Positions 1 through 7,968 of a stretch of 64,000 nt of DNA are shown in pieces. Each line of letters begins with the position of its first letter. Positions within the stretch are counted from its first letter, which is position 1. Where the stretch lies: assembly GCA_964600255.1 (NCBI GenBank), contig CAZRIX010000002.1, positions 34,067 through 98,066 of the forward strand, in the 5' to 3' direction. Source of the stretch: an uncultured Candidatus Saccharibacteria bacterium. Its GTDB lineage: Bacteria; Patescibacteriota; Minisyncoccia; Phycocordibacterales; PALSA-1337. The translations under genes and the position numbers were made by a program. Below the pieces are notes generated by a model. It saw nothing but the letters and a program-made list of their open reading frames with translations. It made no database searches and was not told where the DNA came from.

Positions 1-957
1 GATTCTAACCGAGATGCTGAGAAGGACGTTTTCCGTATTATCGCGCGTCAGAACGAAGTACGTGGCTTTCTGAACGGTATTAAGGTTCGTGAGGATAAGT
101 TAATCATAGAAGATTCGAACTATAAGAGTGAAATGCAGCAAGCTTACTCAATAGTTGGTCGTGAAGCATTGGATAATGCAGATTTGATAGTCTCTGATGA
201 ACCAAGATCATCACAGTACGATCGCATGAAGCAAATAGAAAAAATAAAGGTGCGCATCGAGGATTCTGGTGCTGGTAATAGTATAGATATTCTACGTGAA
301 TATAAGGAGGTTGAGGACAGAGACAATTTCTTAGCAAAAGAATTGGTGGATCTAGAAGCTTCAAAAGCTAATCTTCATAATTTGATTGCTGATCTTGATG
401 CACGTTTGAATCTTGAATTCAAGGATGGAATACTAAAAATAAATGCACAGTTCCAGAACTATTTTTCTCTAATGTTTGGTGGTGGAAGTGCAAGTCTAAG
501 TGTTATACGAGAAAAGAAAAGAAAGAAGAAGTCTGATACAGATATCAGTGCTGTACTAGCAGATGATGCTGACGCTGGTGTTGAAGAAATGGAAGAAGGT
601 GAAGAGGGAATCGATATTTCTGTTAACCTACCACGCAAAAAAGTAAAAAGTCTAATGATGCTATCTGGTGGCGAAAGAGCACTGACCTCAATCGCATTAC
701 TTTTTGCTATATCATCGGTGAACCCACCTCCATTTATCATTCTCGATGAAACAGATGCAGCACTTGATGAGGCGAATTCACGTAAGTATGGAGATATGAT
801 CTCAAGTCTTTCACAGTACTCACAACTTATCCTAATCACACACAACCGCGAGACAATGTCACGAGCAGGAGTACTCTATGGAGTCACAATGGGTGGAGAT
901 GGATCGTCAAAGTTACTCTCAATTCAATTTGAAGAGGCGGTGAAGGTGGCGAAGTAG
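1..957 (+). CDS. smc: Chromosome segregation protein SMC, C-terminal part (5' truncated by window edge)
   Basis: Frame 1 is open from base 1. Coiled coil followed by ABC signature LSGGE, Walker B/D-loop ILDETDAALD and ITH switch. Confidence 0.93.
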   Translation, partial: DSNRDAEKDVFRIIARQNEVRGFLNGIKVREDKLIIEDSNYKSEMQQAYSIVGREALDNADLIVSDEPRSSQYDRMKQIEKIKVRIEDSGAGNSIDILREYKEVEDRDNFLAKELVDLEASKANLHNLIADLDARLNLEFKDGILKINAQFQNYFSLMFGGGSASLSVIREKKRKKKSDTDISAVLADDADAGVEEMEEGEEGIDISVNLPRKKVKSLMMLSGGERALTSIALLFAISSVNPPPFIILDETDAALDEANSRKYGDMISSLSQYSQLILITHNRETMSRAGVLYGVTMGGDGSSKLLSIQFEEAVKVAK

Positions 958-983
958 GGAAAACTTAGAAAAATATGTGTTTA

Positions 984-1013
984 TTGACACATAGCGTCTA
1001 GTCATGATATAAT
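984..1013 (+). promoter_or_regulatory. Sigma70 promoter of orphan gene
   Basis: TTGACA (984-989), 18-nt spacer, TG-A-TATAAT (1008-1013). Confidence 0.75.
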
Positions 1014-1094
1014 ATCAAAGTAAGTGATCATTGACAACCGAATCCAGCAGGCTCCTGTTGAGTAATGCTGAATAGGTTAACTTTTACTACCGTT

Positions 1095-1484
1095 ATGAAG
1101 AAGATGTTTCAGGTACTGGCCCTCATTGCGGCCTTCGCGTCTGTTCATGCAATTGACCAGACGCTCGGTATTGCCGAGCCGACCAAGGCCTTCAAGGGGG
1201 AGTTGTTCCAGGTGCCGGCGGAGATCACCGAGTTAGAGGTCAATCGTGATGACTACGAGGGGGAGGTCTGGTACGGGGTTTATACCCCAAACACCCCTGG
1301 TGGGTTCGTCAACTTCATGCAGTCCGACGATGGCACTCTCACCTCACTCAGGATCGTGGTCAACGACCAAACGGTGTACGAGTGGTCGTCGAAGCCGGGC
1401 CAGTCCGAGCCTAACAGGATCAAGATCGAGCTCGATGACTGGAAGGCCTTCTTCAAGAAGGATGTCCTCAGTCGGATGAAGTAA
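1095..1484 (+). CDS. Orphan secreted protein
   Basis: ATG 1095 gives a signal peptide MKKMFQVLALIAAFASVHA. Codon usage is visibly GC-richer than flanking core genes; own promoter and terminator. Confidence 0.75.
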   Translation: MKKMFQVLALIAAFASVHAIDQTLGIAEPTKAFKGELFQVPAEITELEVNRDDYEGEVWYGVYTPNTPGGFVNFMQSDDGTLTSLRIVVNDQTVYEWSSKPGQSEPNRIKIELDDWKAFFKKDVLSRMK

Positions 1485-1520
1485 CTTTCGAGTTACCGTG
1501 CACAGCAACGAATGCTTAAG

Positions 1521-1550
1521 CTGGTCAGCCCCTGTGGTTGGCCAGTTTTT
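1521..1550 (+). terminator. Intrinsic terminator
   Basis: CTGGTCAGCC/GGTTGGCCAG stem followed by a T-run; preceded by two small hairpins (GTAACT-TTCG-AGTTAC; AGCA-ACGAA-TGCT). Confidence 0.75.
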
Positions 1551-1584
1551 ATTATATAGTCTATGTATTAAACAAAGCGTTATA

Positions 1585-3516
1585 TTAAGCCGGTACAAAA
1601 TCCAAAGTCTTTTTATCTAGATCTGCCGCCACTACTTTGAACTTGATAGGGTCCCCAAGAGTAAATCTCTTACCTGTCTTTTGTCCGATAATTGAATATG
1701 TTTTCTTGTCGAATTGATAGAAATCTGTACCAATGTTTCTGATATTTATCATTCCTTCTGACTTAGTTTCCTTTTCTTCTACATAGATTCCGTACTCTGT
1801 AACTCCGGAAATAGTGCCATCAAATACACTTCCAACTTTATCTGACATGTACTCGACTTGCTTTAGTTTCTTTGATTCTCGCTCTGCACTAGCAGCATCG
1901 ATCTCGCGAGCTGTAGATTTTTCGGCAATGTCTTGGAAGGCGATTATCTCTTTGTCACCAAATGTATCGTGCATCAAATGTCTCTGTAGAATTCTTTGGA
2001 TCAAAAGATCGGGGTAACGACGAATAGGTGAAGTGAAGTGAGTGTAGTACTCAAATGCTAGTCCGAAGTGGCCAATGTTCTTTGTTGAATACACAGCCTT
2101 TTGCATTGAACGAATCAAAGCTGTACTGATGAGTGCCTCATGCTGTGTGCCTTGTATTTGGTTCAATAGAGACTTTATGTCGCGTGCTGTGACTTTGCCA
2201 TCCTTAGTCTTTAGATCATAACCTAGAGCCTTTACAAATACTGCAAGGTCAGCCATACGTTCCTGGTCTGGTAGGTCGTGGATTCGGTAAAGTGAGCCTG
2301 TATCTCTTTTTCCTTTACTTTTAATTGCGTCAAAAATGAACCTAGCAACTTCACGGTTTGCCAATAGCATATATTCCTCAACTAGCTTGTGAGTATCAAG
2401 ACGTTCTTTCTTGTAAACTCCGATTGGCTTGCCATTTTCATCTAGCTTAAACTTTATTTCTTCCTGTTCGAACTCTATAGCGCCATTGTCATACTTTTGT
2501 TTCTGGAGTATTTTTGCAATCTCATTTAATTTATTTAATTCCTTAAAATACATTCCAGACTTTACATTCAAAACTTCCTGAGCATCTTCATATGTGAATC
2601 TGTGATCAGAGTTTATGATCGTTTTGCCAAAATGTCTTTCAAGTACGTCACCTTTTTCATTTAGAACAAACCATGCAGAGAAAGTAAGCTTGTCTTCATG
2701 TGGATTAAGACTACAAACGTCGTTTGATAGGACCTCAGGAAGCATTGGTATTGTACGATCTACTAGATATATGGAACAACCGCGCTTCAAAGCCTCTTTA
2801 TCAAGTTCTGAACCTACTGCTACATAATGAGATACGTCGGCAATGTGTACTCCGATTTCGTATTTGCCGTTACCGACTTCCTTGAATGAAATAGCGTCAT
2901 CGAAGTCTTTTGCATCAAATGGATCGATAGTAAAAGTAAGTGTCTTTCGGAAATCGACACGTTTTGGAATCTCATTTGCTATGTCGGTGTTTTTGTTCTT
3001 CTCGATTGTGTCAGCTTCGGCTTCGACTGCAGGAGGGAAGTTGATCTCGAATCCTTTCTCGAGAACAATAGATTCCATCTCTACATTGTTATTACCTTTG
3101 CGTCCAAGTATGCGGATGATGTCACCCTCAGGGTTTACCTTTGGATCTGTCCATTCACGCATTTTGACGTAAACTTTGTCACCTATAGATACCTTGGTCT
3201 GATCTTCTTTTGATAGGCGAATAGAAGCATAGGCCTTTTTATCATCAGGATATGCTGTTAGAACTCCTTCGCGAGAATCAACTATACAAACAAAAGAGTC
3301 ACGAGCTCGTTTTATAACCTTTGTTACTTCAGCTGTTTGCTGCTTGAATGAATTGGTCTTACCTAGCTTAACCTCTACAATATCTCCGTTTAGAGCTGTA
3401 TTTAGATTACCTATTTCAACTATTATATCTTTCTCTGCATCCTCTGGGTTTCTTATGTATCCGATTCCTTTACGAGTAGTGATTATTGTACCTTGCATTA
3501 TTACGTCTTTTTTCAT
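1585..3516 (-). CDS. rnr: Ribonuclease R (RNB family)
   Basis: Cold-shock domains, TIDPFDAKDFDDA catalytic motif, YTHFTSPIRRYPD, C-terminal S1 domain. No N-terminal HTH or basic tail. Confidence 0.93.
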   Translation of the reverse strand: MKKDVIMQGTIITTRKGIGYIRNPEDAEKDIIVEIGNLNTALNGDIVEVKLGKTNSFKQQTAEVTKVIKRARDSFVCIVDSREGVLTAYPDDKKAYASIRLSKEDQTKVSIGDKVYVKMREWTDPKVNPEGDIIRILGRKGNNNVEMESIVLEKGFEINFPPAVEAEADTIEKNKNTDIANEIPKRVDFRKTLTFTIDPFDAKDFDDAISFKEVGNGKYEIGVHIADVSHYVAVGSELDKEALKRGCSIYLVDRTIPMLPEVLSNDVCSLNPHEDKLTFSAWFVLNEKGDVLERHFGKTIINSDHRFTYEDAQEVLNVKSGMYFKELNKLNEIAKILQKQKYDNGAIEFEQEEIKFKLDENGKPIGVYKKERLDTHKLVEEYMLLANREVARFIFDAIKSKGKRDTGSLYRIHDLPDQERMADLAVFVKALGYDLKTKDGKVTARDIKSLLNQIQGTQHEALISTALIRSMQKAVYSTKNIGHFGLAFEYYTHFTSPIRRYPDLLIQRILQRHLMHDTFGDKEIIAFQDIAEKSTAREIDAASAERESKKLKQVEYMSDKVGSVFDGTISGVTEYGIYVEEKETKSEGMINIRNIGTDFYQFDKKTYSIIGQKTGKRFTLGDPIKFKVVAADLDKKTLDFVPA

Positions 3517-3605
3517 GTGAATACTATAGCTTAAATATGAGCTTGTATCAATGTATGTGTGGTAAGTGTTGACGTTTTTTATGCATTCTGCTAGTATATC
3601 TCCAC

Positions 3606-3953
3606 ATGTTAATGATACGTCTACAACGAGTAGGAAGAAAGCACGAACCAGTTTTTCGTCTTGTTCTTACTGATTCAAAAAATAGTACAAAGAGTGGCAA
3701 GTACATCGAGGTACTTGGTTCATATGATCCAAGACAAGAAAACAAGATTGAGCAGTTCAATCTTGCAAAGATCAAGGAACATATGTCAAAGGGTGCTAAG
3801 CTTTCAGACACAGTTCATAACTTCCTAGTTAGTAAGAAGGCAATAGATGGAAAGAAGAAGAATGTTCTTCCAAAGAAGACTCCTATAAAGAAGGATGCCC
3901 CTGAAGGTGAGGCAAAGCCAGCTCCTGCTCCAGCAGCTGCACCTGCTGCTTAG
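3606..3953 (+). CDS. rpsP: 30S ribosomal protein S16
   Basis: MLMIRLQRVGRKHEPVFRLV...EVLGSYDP; promoter TTGACG-N17-TAGTAT directly upstream. Confidence 0.97.
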   Translation: MLMIRLQRVGRKHEPVFRLVLTDSKNSTKSGKYIEVLGSYDPRQENKIEQFNLAKIKEHMSKGAKLSDTVHNFLVSKKAIDGKKKNVLPKKTPIKKDAPEGEAKPAPAPAAAPAA

Positions 3954-4077
3954 TTTGTTTGAATGCCGGTGTTTTTAATATATTTCTATATATTTGACAC
4001 TGTGTAAAACTCGCTTTTAATATATCCATAGTACGGTACAATTATCCAGAGACGATTATAAAATAAGAAAAACAGAA

Positions 4078-4392
4078 ATGAACAATATTGACCAGCAATT
4101 TTTAGACTACGTAGTTAAAGGACTAGTAGATAATCCAAATGATGTAAAGATTACAAGAACAGTAGATGAAATGGGAGTACTTTTGACACTAGAAGTAAGT
4201 GCGGCTGATATGGGAAAAGTTATCGGTCGTTCAGGTAACACAGCAAAAGCTATCAGAACTCTACTTCGCGTAGTGGGCATGAAGAATAATTCAAGAGTGA
4301 ACTTAAAGATTAATGAACCGGAAGGGGGGATCAAGGTTCCCGGATCAACAATGAAAACAGTTGATGAAGCAATGGCGGATTTGAATCTATAA
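4078..4392 (+). CDS. khpA: KH-domain RNA-binding protein
   Basis: DMGKVIGRSGNTAKAIRT KH motif; usual position after rpsP. Confidence 0.92.
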   Translation: MNNIDQQFLDYVVKGLVDNPNDVKITRTVDEMGVLLTLEVSAADMGKVIGRSGNTAKAIRTLLRVVGMKNNSRVNLKINEPEGGIKVPGSTMKTVDEAMADLNL

Positions 4393-4410
4393 TAAAAAAT
4401 AATCTCAAAA

Positions 4411-4442
4411 CAGAAGCCACTCGAAAGGGTGGTTTTTGTTTT
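4411..4442 (+). terminator. Intrinsic terminator after khpA
   Basis: AAGCCACTC-GAAA-GGGTGGTTT hairpin followed by T-rich tract. Confidence 0.7.
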
Positions 4443-4507
4443 GCTCCTATATAGACCATATACTCATGATGTGGTATATTGTTGGCTGGTAAGAGAAAGG
4501 GTAATAG

Positions 4508-4882
4508 ATGAAACATGCTAAGTTAAAAGAATCGCCACTTGACGAAGTTGTGCATATACATGCCGTAGCACAGCACAATATCGAGGCGTACGAGAGAATG
4601 CCATTCAAACGCCTCGTCGGTCTGCTGCCGCATCTGCTCACAACCATCAACTGCTGGTTGCATCAGACTGATACCAAGATGCTCGGTCTGTGCAATGGGA
4701 ATAAGGCTTCGCTCAGGCGCTGGGCAAGTAGGGCCGACTTGATTCTGCGACACATCCACAGTCTTGAGCGCCTAGCGTCTCAAGATAAACCGCCTCGCCA
4801 AGAGGTAATTGCACAGTTGGCATTGATTGAAGCATATCGAGCTGGTGCCAGCTCAACCCTAGCCATCAACGGTGTCCTCTAG
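4508..4882 (+). CDS. Orphan helical protein (paralogue of 5020-5433)
   Basis: Own promoter (TAGACC...TGG-TATATT), purine-rich RBS and GC hairpin terminator. Shares W..R.D and VI..LA.IEAYR motifs with the next ORF. Confidence 0.7.
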   Translation: MKHAKLKESPLDEVVHIHAVAQHNIEAYERMPFKRLVGLLPHLLTTINCWLHQTDTKMLGLCNGNKASLRRWASRADLILRHIHSLERLASQDKPPRQEVIAQLALIEAYRAGASSTLAINGVL

Positions 4883-5019
4883 GACACCCCTTTCACAACT
4901 TCGCGCAGCCACCTTTGTGTGGCGCGCGATTTTCTTTCAGCATTTTATAAGTTGAATTATTATTAAAAAAACGTATTATGCTTAGGAAAACTGCACTACA
5001 CAACAAAACATAGAAATAA

Positions 5020-5433
5020 ATGAGCAAAACATTCATCAGGGTTCCAGAGTATGAAGTAGCTTACATCCAAGGATTCACATCACGATGCATGGTTGCTCTG
5101 CAATCGCTAGTGGGTAGAGATCTTAGTGATCTAAGAAAGATGGTTTCCAATTATCGCAGTACCTTTATAGGACTCGGGGCGTCGATGATGCAACTACTCA
5201 AGGATGATGTTACTGAGTCTCATAACTGGACCGTCAGATTCGATCAAGTCATGGCTATGATTGATGAGGTTGAGCAACTACTCACCACTTATCCTGAAAC
5301 ACCCAATGACTGGCAAAAGGTGATAGGACGGATTGCTATCATTGAGGCGTATCGTGATAGTACGGATTGTACAATTCGAACCAACATCGCGCGCGCCTCA
5401 AATGAAGGTGAGATACAGTCTCTTTCAGCTTGA
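5020..5433 (+). CDS. Orphan helical protein (paralogue of 4508-4882)
   Basis: WTVRFDQV...KVIGRIAIIEAYR; followed by terminator TTCCGTGGTA...TACCACGGGA-TTTTTTT. Confidence 0.7.
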   Translation: MSKTFIRVPEYEVAYIQGFTSRCMVALQSLVGRDLSDLRKMVSNYRSTFIGLGASMMQLLKDDVTESHNWTVRFDQVMAMIDEVEQLLTTYPETPNDWQKVIGRIAIIEAYRDSTDCTIRTNIARASNEGEIQSLSA

Positions 5434-5502
5434 AGGTGATCTCTCGTGACAAATTCAACATTCCGTGGTATTGTGTGATAACACCTACCACGGGATTTTT
5501 TT

Positions 5503-6186
5503 ATGAAATACCACATAATCACATTGTTTCCGCAAAGCCTCGATTCATATCTAAGTGAGTCTATTTTGAAACGCGCAATAGAGAAAAAGAAAATAGAGGT
5601 TAAGTTCTATAATCCTAGAGAATTCGCAACAACAAAGAAGAATCCAACATACTCAGACCTACGAGTTGATAACAAGCCATATGGCGGCGGTCCAGGAATG
5701 ATAATCGAGGCACTTCCAGTTATTCGTGCTATCGACAAAGCGGTTGGTAAAAAATTAAAAGATAAGAAAACTAAGTCTAAAGTTAAAATAGTCTGGTTTA
5801 GTCCATCTGGTAAACAGTTCGATACTGAGCAGGCCAAAACTTTTTCAAATAAACTCACTGACATAGTATTTATCTGTGGAAGATATGAAGGGATAGACGC
5901 TAGAGTTAAGAAAGCTTTTAAGGTTGAAGATATATCAGTAGGACCATTTGTCCTTACAGGAGGTGAATTGCCAGCTATGATCCTGATAGACACAATTTCT
6001 CGTCAGATAGAAGGGGTACTTGGAGACCATGCTTCACTAGAAGAAAATAGAATAGCCAGTCCAGATGTATATACTCGCCCAGAAGTAGTACAATATAAGG
6101 GTAAGAACTACAAAGTACCAAAGGTACTTCTGTCGGGTAACCACAAACTTATAGATGAATGGAGAAAACAACAGGGTCAGAAATAG
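5503..6186 (+). CDS. trmD: tRNA (guanine37-N1)-methyltransferase
   Basis: PYGGGPGM, ICGRYEGIDAR, VLTGGELPA, YTRP and VLLSGNH motifs. Confidence 0.97.
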   Translation: MKYHIITLFPQSLDSYLSESILKRAIEKKKIEVKFYNPREFATTKKNPTYSDLRVDNKPYGGGPGMIIEALPVIRAIDKAVGKKLKDKKTKSKVKIVWFSPSGKQFDTEQAKTFSNKLTDIVFICGRYEGIDARVKKAFKVEDISVGPFVLTGGELPAMILIDTISRQIEGVLGDHASLEENRIASPDVYTRPEVVQYKGKNYKVPKVLLSGNHKLIDEWRKQQGQK

Positions 6187-7117
6187 TCTCATAGTAGTTA
6201 CAGCTACTGTCCCATTTATTTTTATTGCTCTACTTTTTTATCTAAAACCAAATCAAATAAGCTTTGATCAATACACAGCTAACCATCACTATGTTCAGAA
6301 TGTAAAACTTTTGATAGTTGGAGACATTATGCTTGATCGTAATGTTCGAAATATTATAAATAAAAATGGATTCGAAAGTTTTTTTGCTGGTGTTAGAGAT
6401 CTCATTCAAAACGCCGACATATCGATTGCAAACTTAGAGGGTGCATTTACTACAAACCCTTCAGTTACCGCTAGTCTGGTTAGTAAGGAATTGATTTTTA
6501 CATTTGATCCTGTGCTTGCACCAAAGCTATCTGTGCTCGGATTCGATATTATGGGGCTTGCGAATAACCATACATATAACTACGGTGCCAAGGGTCTGGA
6601 ATCTACACGTAGATACGTAGGTACTGCCGGTATGCTCTACTACGGAGATCCGTTTAATAGGACTGAAATAAGTACGATAATAATAAAGAATGGAATAAGA
6701 ATAGGTGTGGTCGGTTTTCATGAGTTTTATTACACTAATTTTAATAATGTATTTTCAGAGATATCACGCTTAAGAAGTGAGGTGGATGTACTAATAGTTA
6801 CTCCACATTGGGGTGTTGAGTATCAGAAAGAACCAACAAAGAAGATGAAAGAGTGGGCTCACGCATTCATCGATAGTGGCGCCGATGCTGTTGTCGGTAC
6901 TCATACTCATATAGTAGGTGATACTGAGGTATATAAAGGTAAGAAAATATACTATTCACTAGGGAACTTTGCTTTCGATCAGTATTTCTCAAAGGCAACT
7001 AGTCAGGGATTGGCTGTCATTCTCGATATTGGAAAAGAAAGTGAAGGAATAACTATAGACTTTACAGATATACCAGTATATATAGACCGAACAGGGGTAA
7101 GAGTAGGAAGTATTTAA
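6155..7117 (+). CDS. CapA-family metallophosphoesterase, membrane anchored
   Basis: N-terminal TM; VGDIMLDR, ANLEG, LANNH, HWGVEY, GTHTH and YSLGNF motifs. Confidence 0.9.
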   Translation: MNGENNRVRNSLIVVTATVPFIFIALLFYLKPNQISFDQYTANHHYVQNVKLLIVGDIMLDRNVRNIINKNGFESFFAGVRDLIQNADISIANLEGAFTTNPSVTASLVSKELIFTFDPVLAPKLSVLGFDIMGLANNHTYNYGAKGLESTRRYVGTAGMLYYGDPFNRTEISTIIIKNGIRIGVVGFHEFYYTNFNNVFSEISRLRSEVDVLIVTPHWGVEYQKEPTKKMKEWAHAFIDSGADAVVGTHTHIVGDTEVYKGKKIYYSLGNFAFDQYFSKATSQGLAVILDIGKESEGITIDFTDIPVYIDRTGVRVGSI

Positions 7118-7122
7118 CCCAC

Positions 7123-7153
7123 TTGACAAATATCCTAGATATGCTAGGATATT
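7123..7153 (+). promoter_or_regulatory. Sigma70 promoter overlapped by palindromic operator-like site (copy 1)
   Basis: TTGACA-N16-TAGGAT with extended TG; AATATCCTAG-N5-CTAGGATATT at 7129-7153. Confidence 0.75.
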
Positions 7154-7154
7154 A

Positions 7155-7340
7155 GAGGATCAACAGGGAAAGTCTATAAAAGCCAATAGGCTCTTTCAAG
7201 GGGATCCACAAATACAAATTCTCAAAAAGAGAAAGGAGTTAGCAACTCAGAACCCGATGTCTGCAGCCAATGCAAGCTAGGGCTAGTAAAATTAAGTTCA
7301 TGCAGAAATAAAACCGGCCGTAAAACGCCGGTTTCTTCTT
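7155..7340 (+). ncRNA. Candidate structured small RNA, copy 1 (contains micro-ORF MSAANAS, 7257-7280)
   Basis: Promoter upstream and terminator AAACCGGC...GCCGGTTT at about 7311-7334; several hairpins conserved against copy 2. Confidence 0.65.
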
Positions 7341-7396
7341 GTATACCGATATATATAGACCTAACAGGGGTAAGAGTGGGTAGTATTTAACCCCCC

Positions 7397-7427
7397 TTGA
7401 CAAATATCCTAGATATGATAGGATATT
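7397..7427 (+). promoter_or_regulatory. Sigma70 promoter with palindromic operator-like site (copy 2)
   Basis: TTGACA 7397-7402, TAGGAT 7419-7424; AATATCCTA-N7-TAGGATATT. Confidence 0.75.
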
Positions 7428-7428
7428 A

Positions 7429-7769
7429 GAGGATCAACAGGGAAGTGTGCCGCTAGGCACCTTCTAGGGGATCCACAAATACAAATTCTCCAAAAGAGAA
7501 AGGAGTTGACCACTCGGAACCCGATGTCTGCAGCCAATGCAAGCTAGGGCTAGTCGACAAGTATTAAACCTACGGAATTAACGAAACCTACGTAAGAAGA
7601 AAGGCGCTAGTAACTAGTCACCCAAATGTTTACAGCAGCCAAAACTACCTTCCCAGAGGTAGTCGCCGTAAGCAAGGGCTGGTAAAAGAGTAAAAAAAAT
7701 AAAACGAGTTGGTATTAAAGAAAGAATAAAATGACCGGCGTCCTCAGAGGATCGCCGGTCTAATCTTTT
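7429..7769 (+). ncRNA. Candidate structured small RNA, copy 2, extended by a third diverged core motif
   Basis: Same hairpins as copy 1, a second core at about 7596-7687, and a hairpin GACCGGCG...CGCCGGTC at 7733-7760 followed by a T-rich tract. Confidence 0.65.
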
Positions 7770-7968
7770 ATAAAAACCCAAAAACTGTGTATAAACCCAT
7801 TGACTTCTCTCTATATCTCTGCTAAGCTCACCCTAACTTCATTAGATTGTGTTACTCTTGCAAATTGAAGGATTTCGTTAGTATTCATTAGGTAGTGAGC
7901 GCACCCATTGAGTTTTATTACTAATTATTAATCCTTAGCATTTTTTGCTATTTTTGTTTACACTTTTT

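Larger units (their letters stand above)
7069..7554 (+). repeat. Imperfect tandem duplication (offset about 274 bp) of capA 3' end + promoter + structured RNA
   Basis: 7069-7287 aligns with 7343-7554, including an identical 38-nt block GAACCCGATGTCTGCAGCCAATGCAAGCTAGGGCTAGT. Confidence 0.95.

Noticed and set aside
7257-7280. Microcin C-type precursor or tmRNA tag (7-aa MSAANAS)
   Set aside because: No terminal Asn and no MccB-like adenylase nearby; no tRNA-like tmRNA ends.
7257-7685. TAG recoding suggested by TAG aligning with AAG/TGG between micro-ORFs
   Set aside because: TAG terminates clear core genes here (smc, rpsP, trmD, uvrA, leuS), so the standard code applies.
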